Shown here piece by piece: positions 50,132 to 59,324 of a DNA stretch of 64,000 nt (within the stretch, counting starts at the first letter, position 1; the number at the start of each line of letters is the position of its first letter). Made by a program: the position numbers and the translations under genes. Source of the DNA: an uncultured Holophagales bacterium (GTDB lineage Bacteria > Acidobacteriota > Thermoanaerobaculia > Multivoradales > UBA5704); assembly GCA_963842525.1 (NCBI GenBank), contig CAWJGT010000007.1, forward strand, positions 64,001 through 128,000, given 5' to 3'. The notes under the pieces were generated by a model. It was not told the DNA's origin and ran no database searches. It saw nothing but the letters and a program-made list of their open reading frames with translations.

Positions 50132-50170
50132 CAAAGAAGTCCGGAAGGGGAGCGAAAGAGTGTCTAAAGA
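50132..50170 (-). promoter_or_regulatory. Putative KdpE operator, four 11-bp-spaced (A/G)AAG boxes
   Basis: CAAAGAAGTCCGGAAG shared with 56022; boxes at 50133, 50144, 50155, 50166. Confidence 0.68.
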
Positions 50171-50183
50171 TTCGGGGTGAGGG

Positions 50184-50876
50184 CTATTCCGGCTCGGCCA
50201 GGAATCGGTAGCCCACCCACGGCTCGGTTCCGATGTAGCGGGGATCGGAGGGGTCGGGCTCGATCTTGCGGCGCAGCGAGCCGACATGGACGCGCACCGT
50301 GTCGGTGGTGGTGGCCGGAGCGCCGCGCCAGACCGTGCCGATGATCTGGCGCAGCGTGACCGGCTTGCCCGCATGGCCCGCCAGCAGCTCCAGGATCGAC
50401 ATTTCAGTCGGCGTAAGGTGGATCTCCCGCCCTCCCTGGATCACCGTGCGCCGCCCGCGGTCGATCTCGAGGTCCGGGAAGCGGAGCACCTCGCCCGTGG
50501 CCGCGCCGCTGCGGCGGAGCTGCGAGCGCACCCGGGCCAGCAGCTCGCGCATCGAGAACGGCTTGCTTACGTAGTCGTCCGCCCCCAGGTCCAGGGCGCG
50601 CACCTTGTCCTCCTCTTCGCCGCGCACCGAGAGGACGAGGACCGGCGTGCGGTCGCTGCGGCGCACCGCGGCGATGACCGACATCCCGTCGGCGCGCGGC
50701 ATCGCGAGGTCGGTGATCACCAGGTCGGGCTGATGCCGCTCGAACAGCTCCTTGCCTTCCAGGCCGTCGGCCGCGGCGATCGTCTCGTAGCCGGCGAGGG
50801 AGAGCTCGCGGCTCAGGAGCTCACGGATCGCCGGATCGTCGTCGATCACCAGCAGCAGGGGCGTGGTACGGCTCAT
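50184..50876 (-). CDS. kdpE: OmpR-family response regulator, KdpE-like
   Basis: KVRALDLGADDYVSKPF, LRRKIEPDPSDPRYIGTEPWVGYRF. Confidence 0.82.
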   Translation of the reverse strand: MSRTTPLLLVIDDDPAIRELLSRELSLAGYETIAAADGLEGKELFERHQPDLVITDLAMPRADGMSVIAAVRRSDRTPVLVLSVRGEEEDKVRALDLGADDYVSKPFSMRELLARVRSQLRRSGAATGEVLRFPDLEIDRGRRTVIQGGREIHLTPTEMSILELLAGHAGKPVTLRQIIGTVWRGAPATTTDTVRVHVGSLRRKIEPDPSDPRYIGTEPWVGYRFLAEPE

Positions 50877-51064
50877 CGGGGCTTGTCGGATTTTTCCTGC
50901 ACCCCGGATTCCCGCAGATCCGAGGAGTGCCGCAGGAATCTCTCGGGATGGAGCTTTTCGAGCTCGCGATAGTGATCTAGCAGTGCCTGGGTGTCGTGTC
51001 CGAACTCCTCTGAGATTCTATGGCGTACGGCACGGATCTCATCGATTGGGGGATCGGGTCTCAT
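50873..51064 (-). CDS. Small putative antitoxin
   Basis: DPPIDEIRAVRHRISEEFGHD; ATGA coupled to PIN gene and to kdpE. Confidence 0.65.
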   Translation of the reverse strand: MRPDPPIDEIRAVRHRISEEFGHDTQALLDHYRELEKLHPERFLRHSSDLRESGVQEKSDKPR

Positions 51065-51546
51065 GATGCATCTCCTTCCCAATTCATCAGCTCCACGGGA
51101 GTCGTCAGTGCGGGGACGAACAGTCCCAAAAGCGTGTTCACGTGTCGGATGTGCTCGAACTTGTTTGCGTTGGCCAGATGAGCGCAGTTCCAGGTCAGAA
51201 GGAAACGGCAATGGTGATAGGAGGCCAGCGCCAGGTGGATGGCATCGCCTCGCGGATCGCGCGGCATGACGTGGCGCTGCACGTAGGCATCCACAATGCC
51301 GTAGACCTCGTCCTCGATCGGCAAGAGCGGGAGATCGGTCAGGAGCGCCAGCGCCTGTTGCTTGTGCGGGTGATCCCCTCTCTGAAGCTCCTCGATGACA
51401 GGAAGGCTCGTCACCAGCTCATAGTGGAAACGTTGCTCGGTCCACCAAGCGACGGTCCAGTTCCGCCGGGCCACCATGTCCGGATCGCTTCGAGTCTCGA
51501 AGAAAAAACTCGGGATGGTCGTCTCAATGTAAACGCGTGGGCGCAT
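51061..51546 (-). CDS. VapC/PIN domain toxin
   Basis: VYIETTIPS, DAIHLALA, LLTWNCAHLAN. Confidence 0.87.
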   Translation of the reverse strand: MRPRVYIETTIPSFFFETRSDPDMVARRNWTVAWWTEQRFHYELVTSLPVIEELQRGDHPHKQQALALLTDLPLLPIEDEVYGIVDAYVQRHVMPRDPRGDAIHLALASYHHCRFLLTWNCAHLANANKFEHIRHVNTLLGLFVPALTTPVELMNWEGDAS

Positions 51547-51658
51547 CTCGGTTCTCTTGAAGTTGATTTTCTCCATCTAAGCCTCGCCGACTTGCCCGGC
51601 GATTTTCAGCACGGCTATTCTAGACGGCCAAGGCTCGAAGCCGCACCTGTGCGGCTCA

Positions 51659-53125
51659 TCAGGGTTCCTCCTCAAGAGCGGGCTCCGGGACCGCCGGCAA
51701 GGTGAGGCGCGCGACAGTGCCGCCGCCGGGACGTTCGGTCAGCTCCAGAGAGCCGCCGCAGGCCTCGGCGAAGCTGTGGGCGATCCGCAGGCCCAGGCCG
51801 CCCGAGGCGCTGTCGCGCTCCGCCATCCCGGGCCCCCGGTCGAGCACCTCCAGACGGATCCTGCCAGCATCGTGCGGATCGCGGGTGGCGGCGAGCTCGA
51901 TCGGACGGTCCGCAGGCGCCGCCCGGGCGGCATTCTCCAGCAGGTTCACCAGGATTTCGACCGTCAGGGACGGGTCGGCCCAGACCTCCGGGCAGTCCGG
52001 CGTCACCCGCGCCCCGACCTCCCGGCCGGAGAGGATCGGCGATAGGCTCTCTCGCACGGACCGGAACAGGCTGCCCACCGGCGTCGGCTCCGGATGAGGT
52101 CGCGCGAGCCCGGCCTCCAGCCGGGCCGCCGCCAGCAGGTTGTCGATCCGGCGGGTCAGACGGGAGTGCTCGACCGCGAGAGTACGCAGGCTGGGGAGTG
52201 CCTGCGGCGCCTGTGCGAGCGCGCGTTCGAGGCTTTCGATCTCAAGTCGCATCGAGGTCAGCGGCGTGCGCAGGTCGTGCGAGACGGCGCGCAGCAGCGA
52301 CGTCTTGAGCGCCTCGCTCTCCCGCACGGCCTGCAGATGCGCCGATTCGGCCAGCAGCCGTTCGCGTTCGATGGCAAGGGCGAGGAGCCGCGCCGCGGGA
52401 TCGAGGATGGCGCGCGGCGCCGCGGTGCCTCGCGCCGCCAGGACGCCGTAGAAGCGCCCGCCGACCTGGAGCGGGAGGTAGACGGTGTGGGCTCCCGCCT
52501 CGTCCATCGTCTGAGAAGTCTCCGTCGTCTCCCAGGCCCGCGCCAGGGCCTCGTCGTCCACGGGAAAGCTCTCCTCGCCGGCGGCGCTCGCCAGGACCTT
52601 TTGCCCGCCGGGGCCGGCGAGGAACAGCCGGCCGGCGCGGGCGCCGATCCCCTGGAGGACGCGGACCGTGACATCGCCCAGGGCTCCCGCTTTCTGGCTC
52701 GCCGCGAACAGGCTGAAGCAGAGCTCGTAGAGCGTTTCCACTTCCTGCTGCCGCCGCTGCGCCTCCTCGGCCCGCTGCCGGGCCGTGGCCACCAGCCGGC
52801 TGACGAGCGTCGAGGCGGCGAGGAAGCAGACGAGCGCCATCCAGTTGGAAGGCTCCGCGACGAGGAAGGTATGGTGGGGGGGCAGGAAGAAGAAGTTGAA
52901 GCACAGCATCGCCAGGACCGACGACGCCGCCCCGACCGCCCAGCCGCCCCAGGTGGCGAGCCCCAGCACGGCGACCAGATAGAGAAACCCGACCGTGGTC
53001 GAGTTCGTCCCGGCCGCCCGGCCGGCCCAGGTGACGAGCGCCAGCGCCACGGGCGCCACGGCCCAGGCAATGCGCCGGACCTTCAAGCTCTGGCGGCCAG
53101 CCGTGCGGACCGACTCGCTCTCCAT
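51659..53125 (-). CDS. KdpD-like sensor kinase (DUF4118+GAF+HisKA+HATPase)
   Basis: FNFFFLPP, AVSHDLRTPLTS, NLLENA, DRGPG, GLGL. Confidence 0.85.
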   Translation of the reverse strand: MESESVRTAGRQSLKVRRIAWAVAPVALALVTWAGRAAGTNSTTVGFLYLVAVLGLATWGGWAVGAASSVLAMLCFNFFFLPPHHTFLVAEPSNWMALVCFLAASTLVSRLVATARQRAEEAQRRQQEVETLYELCFSLFAASQKAGALGDVTVRVLQGIGARAGRLFLAGPGGQKVLASAAGEESFPVDDEALARAWETTETSQTMDEAGAHTVYLPLQVGGRFYGVLAARGTAAPRAILDPAARLLALAIERERLLAESAHLQAVRESEALKTSLLRAVSHDLRTPLTSMRLEIESLERALAQAPQALPSLRTLAVEHSRLTRRIDNLLAAARLEAGLARPHPEPTPVGSLFRSVRESLSPILSGREVGARVTPDCPEVWADPSLTVEILVNLLENAARAAPADRPIELAATRDPHDAGRIRLEVLDRGPGMAERDSASGGLGLRIAHSFAEACGGSLELTERPGGGTVARLTLPAVPEPALEEEP

Positions 53126-53234
53126 AAGGCGGAGTCTAGCAAGGATCAGCCTGGCTCCCTTGGGGAATGTGCTCGGCGCTCGCCGTCCTCTGATAGTCTA
53201 GGGCGCGTCTCGGAGCAACCGGGGGCTCTTCCAT

Positions 53235-53995
53235 ATGATAGCCAGAGTACGAGTCCGATACTTCAAACAGTTTTACGAAGAAGTCTTTGCTCTGTCCGAC
53301 CATATCATTCTGGCGGGTCCCAACAACTCTGGAAAGACAACCTTGCTGCAAGCGATCGCTACATGGAACCTGGCCCTGCAGCGTTGGCGGGAGCGGAGGG
53401 GGCCGGAGAGCGGGTCGAAGGCGAAGCAGCGCACAGGGGTTCCCTTGACGCGCCAGGAGTTTACGGCCCTACCTTTGAGAGAAATGAGCCACCTCTGGGC
53501 CGATACCCTGACAGGGTTACGGACGGACGAGCTGAAGCCAGGCCAGAAACTGGGGCAACCGCGAGCCCTGACCATTGGCATGGAAGGCACCACGCAGCAA
53601 GGAGAATGGCGCCTCGCTTTCGAGCTTCGCTACCAGAGCAGCGAGCTCGTTTATGTCAAGCCGACCGCAGAGCATATCGATCAACTACCCCAGGCGGCTC
53701 AGGACGTCTCCGTGGTACATATTCCTCCGTTTTCGGGCATCGGGCCCGAAGAGACACGCTACGACAGGCCCTATCAGGATCTGCTCATTGGACAGGGCAA
53801 GGCCGGCGACATCTTGCGCAATCTGCTGTTGGAGGTCTACGACCGGGAGGACAAATCAGACTGGAGCGCCCTCTGCTCCCAGATCGAGCAGATCTTCGGA
53901 TATCGACTCCTCCCACCTAAGTATGTGGGGGCACCCTTCATCATCTGCGAATACTTGCGAGGGATCCCTAGAGACAAGGGTAAAAACGGGCATAT
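53235..53995 (+). pseudogene. AAA/ABC-type ATPase, truncated before signature and Walker B
   Basis: LAGPNNSGKTTLLQAI; protein-like sequence ends after KGKNG. Confidence 0.65.
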
Positions 53996-54072
53996 CGGTT
54001 TACCGGGACGAGATCAAAATTTGAGGCTTCACTGTCAAAGAAGATTCCTAATCTGGATGTGTTTGATTAGGA

Positions 54073-56001
54073 TCACAGCCGCACCTGCATCCCCAGCTCG
54101 ACGACCCGGTTCGGCGGGATGCGGAAGAAGTCCGTCGGACGCAGGGCGTTCTGCGAAAGGAAGGCGAAGAGCTTTTCGCGCCAGAAGGCCATGCCCGGCT
54201 CCTGGCTCGGGATCAGGTTCTCACGGCTCAGGAAAAACGAGGTTTTCATCAGGTCGAGGTCGAGCCCCTGGGCACGAGCCGCTGCGAGCACGTCGGGGAT
54301 CTCCGGGTTCTGCATGAAGCCGTAACGGGCGATCATCCGGAAGAACCCCTTGCCAAGATCCTGGACCTCCACCCGCTCCTCTGGCGGCACCTCGGGGATC
54401 TCTTCCGACAGCACCGTCAGCAGGATGACCCTGTCGTGCAGAACCATGTTGTGCTTGAGGTTGTGGAGCAGCGCCGCGGGTGTCGCCGCGGGGTCGCGCG
54501 ACATGAAGACCGCCGTGCTCGGCACCCGCCGGACCAGCTCCGGGCTGAACGTGGCGATGAAGCTCTCGAACGGCAGCGCGCCCGCCTGCAGCCGGTCGTT
54601 CAGGATGCTGCGGCCACGCTTCCAGGTCGTCATCAGCACGAAGACCACGGCGCCTACCACGAGAGGGAACCAGCCGCCGTCCGGGATCTTCACGAAGTTG
54701 GCGCCGAAGAAGGCCAGGTCTGCGACCAGAAACGCTCCCGTGACGAGGGCCGACTGCCAGAGGCGCCAGCCCCAGACGCGCCGCGTCACGACATAGGCCA
54801 GCAGGGTGGTGATCACCATTGTCATGGTCACGGCGACGCCGTACGCGGCGGCCAGGTTCGTCGACCGCTGGAACCCGAGGACGAGCCCGATCGTGGCGAC
54901 CATGAGCAGCCAGTTGACGGCCGGCAGATAGATCTGCCCGATCTCGACCGCCGAGGTGTGGACGATCTCCATACGCGGTAGATATCCGAGCTGAATGGCT
55001 TGGCGGGTGAGGGAGAACGCGCCGGAGATGATGGCCTGCGAGGCGATGATGGTCGCCAGGGTCGCCATCACGACGAGCGGATAGAGGGCCCAGGAGGGGG
55101 CGAGACGGTAGAACGGATTGAACGACGCTTCGGGGTCCTGGAGGAGCAGCGCGCCCTGGCCGAAATAGTTGAGGAGCAGGGCGGGTCCGACCAGGCTGAA
55201 CCAGTTGATCTGGATCGGCAGCTCGCCGAAATGCCCCATGTCGGCGTAGAGCGCCTCGCCGCCGGTCGCCACCAGGAAGACCGCCCCGAGGACCAGGAAG
55301 CCGTGCAGCCGGTTGTGCAGGAAAAAGGTGACCGCATGGGCCGGGTTGACGGCCGCCAGCACGGAGGGCTCGCGCAGGATCCAGACCACGCCGAGCAGGG
55401 CGAGGAGCGCGAACCAGAGAAGCATGATCGGGCCGAAGACCGCGCCCACCCTTGCCGTGCCGTGGCGCTGGAGCAGGAAGAGACCGATCAGGATGACGAT
55501 CGTGATGGGGACGACGTAGGGATCGAAGAGGGGCGTCGCGACGCTCAGACCTTCGACGGCGCTCAACACCGAGATCGCCGGGGTGATCATGCCGTCGCCA
55601 TACAGCAGCGCCGCGCCGAACAGGCCCAGCACGATGAGAAGCCAATGCCGGCCACCGTCCCGCAGCCGGGGCGGGATCAGGGCCATGAGCGCGAGGATCC
55701 CTCCTTCTCCCCGGTTGTCGGCGCGCAGGACGTAGACTTGGTATTTGATGGTGACGACGATCAGGATCGTCCAGAAAATCAGCGACAGCACCCCGAGCAC
55801 GTTGGCGTGCGTCGGCTCGACGGAGTGGGTGCCATGGAAGCACTCCCGCAACGCATACAGCGGGCTGGTCCCGATGTCTCCATAGACGATACCCAGGGCC
55901 GTCAGGGAGAGGACGAAAAGGTGGCGGGCGCCGAGCGGCGTCGAGGTCTTCCGGTGCATGGAGCAGCTTCGTGGTGTCGCCGGCGTCACCCGGTCCACCA
56001 C
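54073..56001 (-). CDS. kup: Potassium transporter Kup (start may be 55959)
   Basis: GIVYGDIGTSPLYAL, ADNRGEGG, GDGMITPAISVLSA, EALYADMGHFG. Confidence 0.95.
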   Translation of the reverse strand: MVDRVTPATPRSCSMHRKTSTPLGARHLFVLSLTALGIVYGDIGTSPLYALRECFHGTHSVEPTHANVLGVLSLIFWTILIVVTIKYQVYVLRADNRGEGGILALMALIPPRLRDGGRHWLLIVLGLFGAALLYGDGMITPAISVLSAVEGLSVATPLFDPYVVPITIVILIGLFLLQRHGTARVGAVFGPIMLLWFALLALLGVVWILREPSVLAAVNPAHAVTFFLHNRLHGFLVLGAVFLVATGGEALYADMGHFGELPIQINWFSLVGPALLLNYFGQGALLLQDPEASFNPFYRLAPSWALYPLVVMATLATIIASQAIISGAFSLTRQAIQLGYLPRMEIVHTSAVEIGQIYLPAVNWLLMVATIGLVLGFQRSTNLAAAYGVAVTMTMVITTLLAYVVTRRVWGWRLWQSALVTGAFLVADLAFFGANFVKIPDGGWFPLVVGAVVFVLMTTWKRGRSILNDRLQAGALPFESFIATFSPELVRRVPSTAVFMSRDPAATPAALLHNLKHNMVLHDRVILLTVLSEEIPEVPPEERVEVQDLGKGFFRMIARYGFMQNPEIPDVLAAARAQGLDLDLMKTSFFLSRENLIPSQEPGMAFWREKLFAFLSQNALRPTDFFRIPPNRVVELGMQVRL

Positions 56002-56021
56002 TGAGCTTCGCGGAGGACGGC

Positions 56022-56060
56022 CAAAGAAGTCCGGAAGAACCCCTAAAGAATTCCTAAAGG
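56022..56060 (-). promoter_or_regulatory. Putative KdpE operator upstream of kup
   Basis: Boxes at 56023, 56034, 56045, 56056; 16 bp identical to the 50132 site. Confidence 0.68.
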
Positions 56061-56257
56061 CGGTCGCGACGGGAAATCACCCACCCAGGAAGCTCTGAGG
56101 TATCTGTTTACCGAGGATCTTGAGCAGCGCGATCAGCACGCCGCCGGCCAGCCCATAGAGGATGATGCGTTTCACCGGCGGAGCATAGCGCGGTGGCTGG
56201 CGAGGGGGGCGAGGGCAGAGGAGTTGCCTCAGCCGGATCGATGGCCGCAAAAAAAGT

Positions 56258-56457
56258 CCTCACCCCCTGGCCCCCTCTCCCATCTCCCTTCCACCCCCGC
56301 CGGGAGAGGGGGGACGTCGCGGAGGCGTCCGTGGCGAGTCCGATGTCAGCAGGTTTCGAGGCAGGACTCCAACCTCGTCGCGGGTGCGCCAACTGCGTTC
56401 CCCCTCTCCCGGGGAAGGGGCGGGCGGGAGATGGGAGAGGGGGCCAGGGGATGAGGA
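56258..56457. repeat. REP-like palindromic element
   Basis: CCTCACCCCCTGGCCCCCTCTCCCATCTCCC ... GGGAGATGGGAGAGGGGGCCAGGGGATGAGG. Confidence 0.85.
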
Positions 56458-56504
56458 CCCAAGCCGCCGCTACCCTTCACTCTCCAGTTTCCGCGTGATT
56501 TCCG

Positions 56505-56689
56505 CGGATGCCCCCCGGCAGGTCGGCAAGACCACGACGTTCCGCGCGCTCGCCGAGTCGCTTCAGGCGGAGGGGCGTTACGCAGCGCTCCATACCACCT
56601 GCGAGACCGCGCAGCAGGCGCCGTTCGGGCGGCAACATGTAGTGGTCGTGCGGATTGCAAGGACCAGCGGTGTTGAAGAACCTGGGCAT
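56505..56689. pseudogene. AAA ATPase remnant in two opposite-strand pieces
   Basis: Minus strand MPRFFNTAGPCNPHDHYMLPPERRL; plus strand APRQVGKTTTFRALAESL. Confidence 0.6.
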
Positions 56690-56750
56690 GGTCGGGCCGG
56701 AGCGGAGGCGGCCGAACCAATCTACCATGGTCCGCTCGGGACTCCGGCTG

Positions 56751-58616
56751 TCACTCGAAGTCGTGCACCAGCGGCTGGGGGCGGCAGAGCCAGTAGCCCT
56801 GGGCGTAGTCGACGCCGAAATCCTTGAGAGCATCGAGGGTGGGGCGGTTCTCGACCCATTCGGCGATGGTCTGGATGCCCAGGGCGTGGCCGACTTGGTT
56901 GATCGACTCCACCATGGCCCGCTTGACCCGGTCTTCCAGCATGTTCTGGACAAATTCGCCGTCGATCTTCAGGAAGTCGACCGACAGGTCCCGCAGGTAG
57001 TTGAACGACGAGAGGCCGCTGCCGAAGTCGTCGAGGATGACGCGGCAGCCCTTCGCCTTGAGGACCGCGATGAAGTGCATGGCGCTGTCGAGCTTGCTGA
57101 TCGCCGCCGTTTCAGTGATCTCGAAGCAGACCCGCCGCGGATCGACCGCTGTCGACTCCAGCTCCTCGATCACGTAGGTCAGGAAGCCGTCCTCGGAGAG
57201 CGCCTGCGCGGAGATGTTCACGGCGAAGAGGACGACGGGGCGCGACACCTCGCGGCGCTGCGCCTCGGCCAGTGCACGGAGGGCGTTCCGCACCACCCAG
57301 CGGTCGAGCGAGGCGATCAGCCGGTAGCGCTCGGCCGCCGGGAGGAAGGACTGCGGCGTGATCACCTTGCCGTCCGGATCGAGCATGCGCAGGAAGACTT
57401 CGCAGAGCAGCTCGCTGCGGCCGGTGGCGTTGTCCGAGAGCGGCTGGATGAGCTGGTAATAGAGGCGGAAGCGGCGGTCATCCAGAGCGCCGTGGATGCG
57501 ATGGATCCACTGCATCTCGCCGTAGCGCTCGGCCACGCCCGTGTCGTCCAGCTCGTGCTCGTGGACCCGGTTCTTGCCGCCGTCCTTGGCCATGTAGCAC
57601 GCGGCGTCCGCCGACGAAAGGACCTGCGGGAGGTCGCCGCTGTTGCTGTCCACCGAGACGAAGCCGATGCTCACCCCGACCTCGAAGACCTGGTCGCTCC
57701 AGCGGAAGCGGAACTCCCGCACGGAGCGCCGGATGTCCTCGGCGATCTGCCGCGCATGGTCGAGCGGGCAGTCCTCCAACAGGACCCCGAACTCGTCGCC
57801 ACCCAGCCGCGCCAGGGTGTCGCTGCGGCGGATGCGCGAGCGCAGCAGGGCGGTGATCTGCTTCAGCATCTCGTCGCCGACCAGGTGCCCGCAGGTGTCG
57901 TTGATGATCTTGAACTCGTCGAGGTCGAGGTAGAGCAGGACGTGGTTGCGCCGCTCGGCGCGCGCGGTGCGGAGGGCCCGCTTGAGGCGGATCTCGAACT
58001 CGCGGCGGTTGATCAGCCCGGTCAAGGCGTCATGGTTCGCGAGGTAGATCATCTCCCGCTCCATGCGGCGGAGCTGGGTGACGTCCTTGAACACCAGCAC
58101 GACCCCGGTCACACGACCGTGGCGGTCACGGATGGGAGCCGCGGAGTCGCGGACCGAATATTCCTTGCCGTCCGCGCTCACCAGCAGAGCGTGCCCGGGC
58201 GATTCGACGACCCGCACCTCCTCCAGGCAGCGGCTCACCGGATCGCCCAGCGAGGTCCGGGTCACCTCGTCGACCACCTGGAAGACCTCGAGCACGGGAC
58301 GGCCCAGGGCCTGTTCCTCGCTCCAGCCCGTGAGCCTCACGGCGACCGGGTTGAGATAGTCGATGTTGCCGTGGGTGTCGGTCCGGATCACACCGTCGCC
58401 GATCGAGGCGAGGGTGACCTGGAGGCGCTCGTTCTCGCGCGAGAGGAGCTCGATCTGCCGGAGGAGGCTTTCGACCGCGGGATGCGGCTCGGCGGGCGGC
58501 CGGAGGTCCGGCACCCGGGCCGAAATCCGCATGTCGAGCAGGTCTCTTTCGCGCAGCTCCGCATCGACCGCAGAAGCGGAGTGAGAAAGAACGCGGACCG
58601 AAGAAACATCACCCAT
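56751..58616 (-). CDS. PAS-GGDEF-EAL protein
   Basis: HDALTGLINR, ARLGGDEF, EVFLR, DDFGSGLSS. Confidence 0.92.
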   Translation of the reverse strand: MGDVSSVRVLSHSASAVDAELRERDLLDMRISARVPDLRPPAEPHPAVESLLRQIELLSRENERLQVTLASIGDGVIRTDTHGNIDYLNPVAVRLTGWSEEQALGRPVLEVFQVVDEVTRTSLGDPVSRCLEEVRVVESPGHALLVSADGKEYSVRDSAAPIRDRHGRVTGVVLVFKDVTQLRRMEREMIYLANHDALTGLINRREFEIRLKRALRTARAERRNHVLLYLDLDEFKIINDTCGHLVGDEMLKQITALLRSRIRRSDTLARLGGDEFGVLLEDCPLDHARQIAEDIRRSVREFRFRWSDQVFEVGVSIGFVSVDSNSGDLPQVLSSADAACYMAKDGGKNRVHEHELDDTGVAERYGEMQWIHRIHGALDDRRFRLYYQLIQPLSDNATGRSELLCEVFLRMLDPDGKVITPQSFLPAAERYRLIASLDRWVVRNALRALAEAQRREVSRPVVLFAVNISAQALSEDGFLTYVIEELESTAVDPRRVCFEITETAAISKLDSAMHFIAVLKAKGCRVILDDFGSGLSSFNYLRDLSVDFLKIDGEFVQNMLEDRVKRAMVESINQVGHALGIQTIAEWVENRPTLDALKDFGVDYAQGYWLCRPQPLVHDFE

Positions 58617-58767
58617 GAAGTCATCACCCCCCGACGGAAAGAGTCAGCAAGATCCGCGCCCGGCGTGATTCCGGACCGCCGCAGCTCTGCGCGAAACGGA
58701 CGCCCAGCGAACATTCGGTCTCGTCCTTGTAAAAAAAGCTGGTAGTCTGTGGTTTTGAGGGACGGCA

Positions 58768-59321
58768 TGATGAGAACGAGCGCCAAGGCCCCTGAAGTGG
58801 TCGCGGAACCAGGGTGGAGACCGGTCGAGCCGTTCCGGCTCGAAGGTGGGCGAGGCTCGTTCGTGTCGCGGGACCCCGAGGGAGACCGGCTGCGGGTGAG
58901 CTATTTCAAGCGCGCCGGCGACGACCGCCTGGTCGGCCGCGCCTGGTTCGGACCCGGGGCCCAGGGGCCGCCGGGGCATGCGCACGGCGGCAGCATGGCT
59001 TCGGTGCTCGACGAGGCGATGGGTGCAGCCGCCTGGCTCGCGGGCCATCTGGTGGTCGCGGTGCAGCTCAACACGAGCTTCCGGAAGATGCTCCCGCTCG
59101 GCACCGACGCCCGGATGGAGGCCTGGGTCGAGCGGACCGAAGGTCGGAAGGTCTGGACCCGCGGCCGGCTCCTCGGCGACGACGGCGAGCCGTTCGCCGA
59201 GGCCGAAGCGATCTTCATCGAGCTCGATCCCGAGCGCTTCCGGCCGCTCCTCGAAAAGGCCGCCGCGGATCGGGGTATGACGGTGGAGGAGCTGCTGAAG
59301 CCGTCACCGGGCAGGGGGTGA
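58768..59321 (+). CDS. PaaI family thioesterase
   Basis: GPPGHAHGGSMASVLDEAMG. Confidence 0.87.
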
Positions 59322-59324
59322 GGC

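Noticed and set aside
30716-56113. Composite transposon carrying the kdp/kup island
   Set aside because: The TIR copy at 56100 has the same orientation as the left IS end, so it cannot close the element
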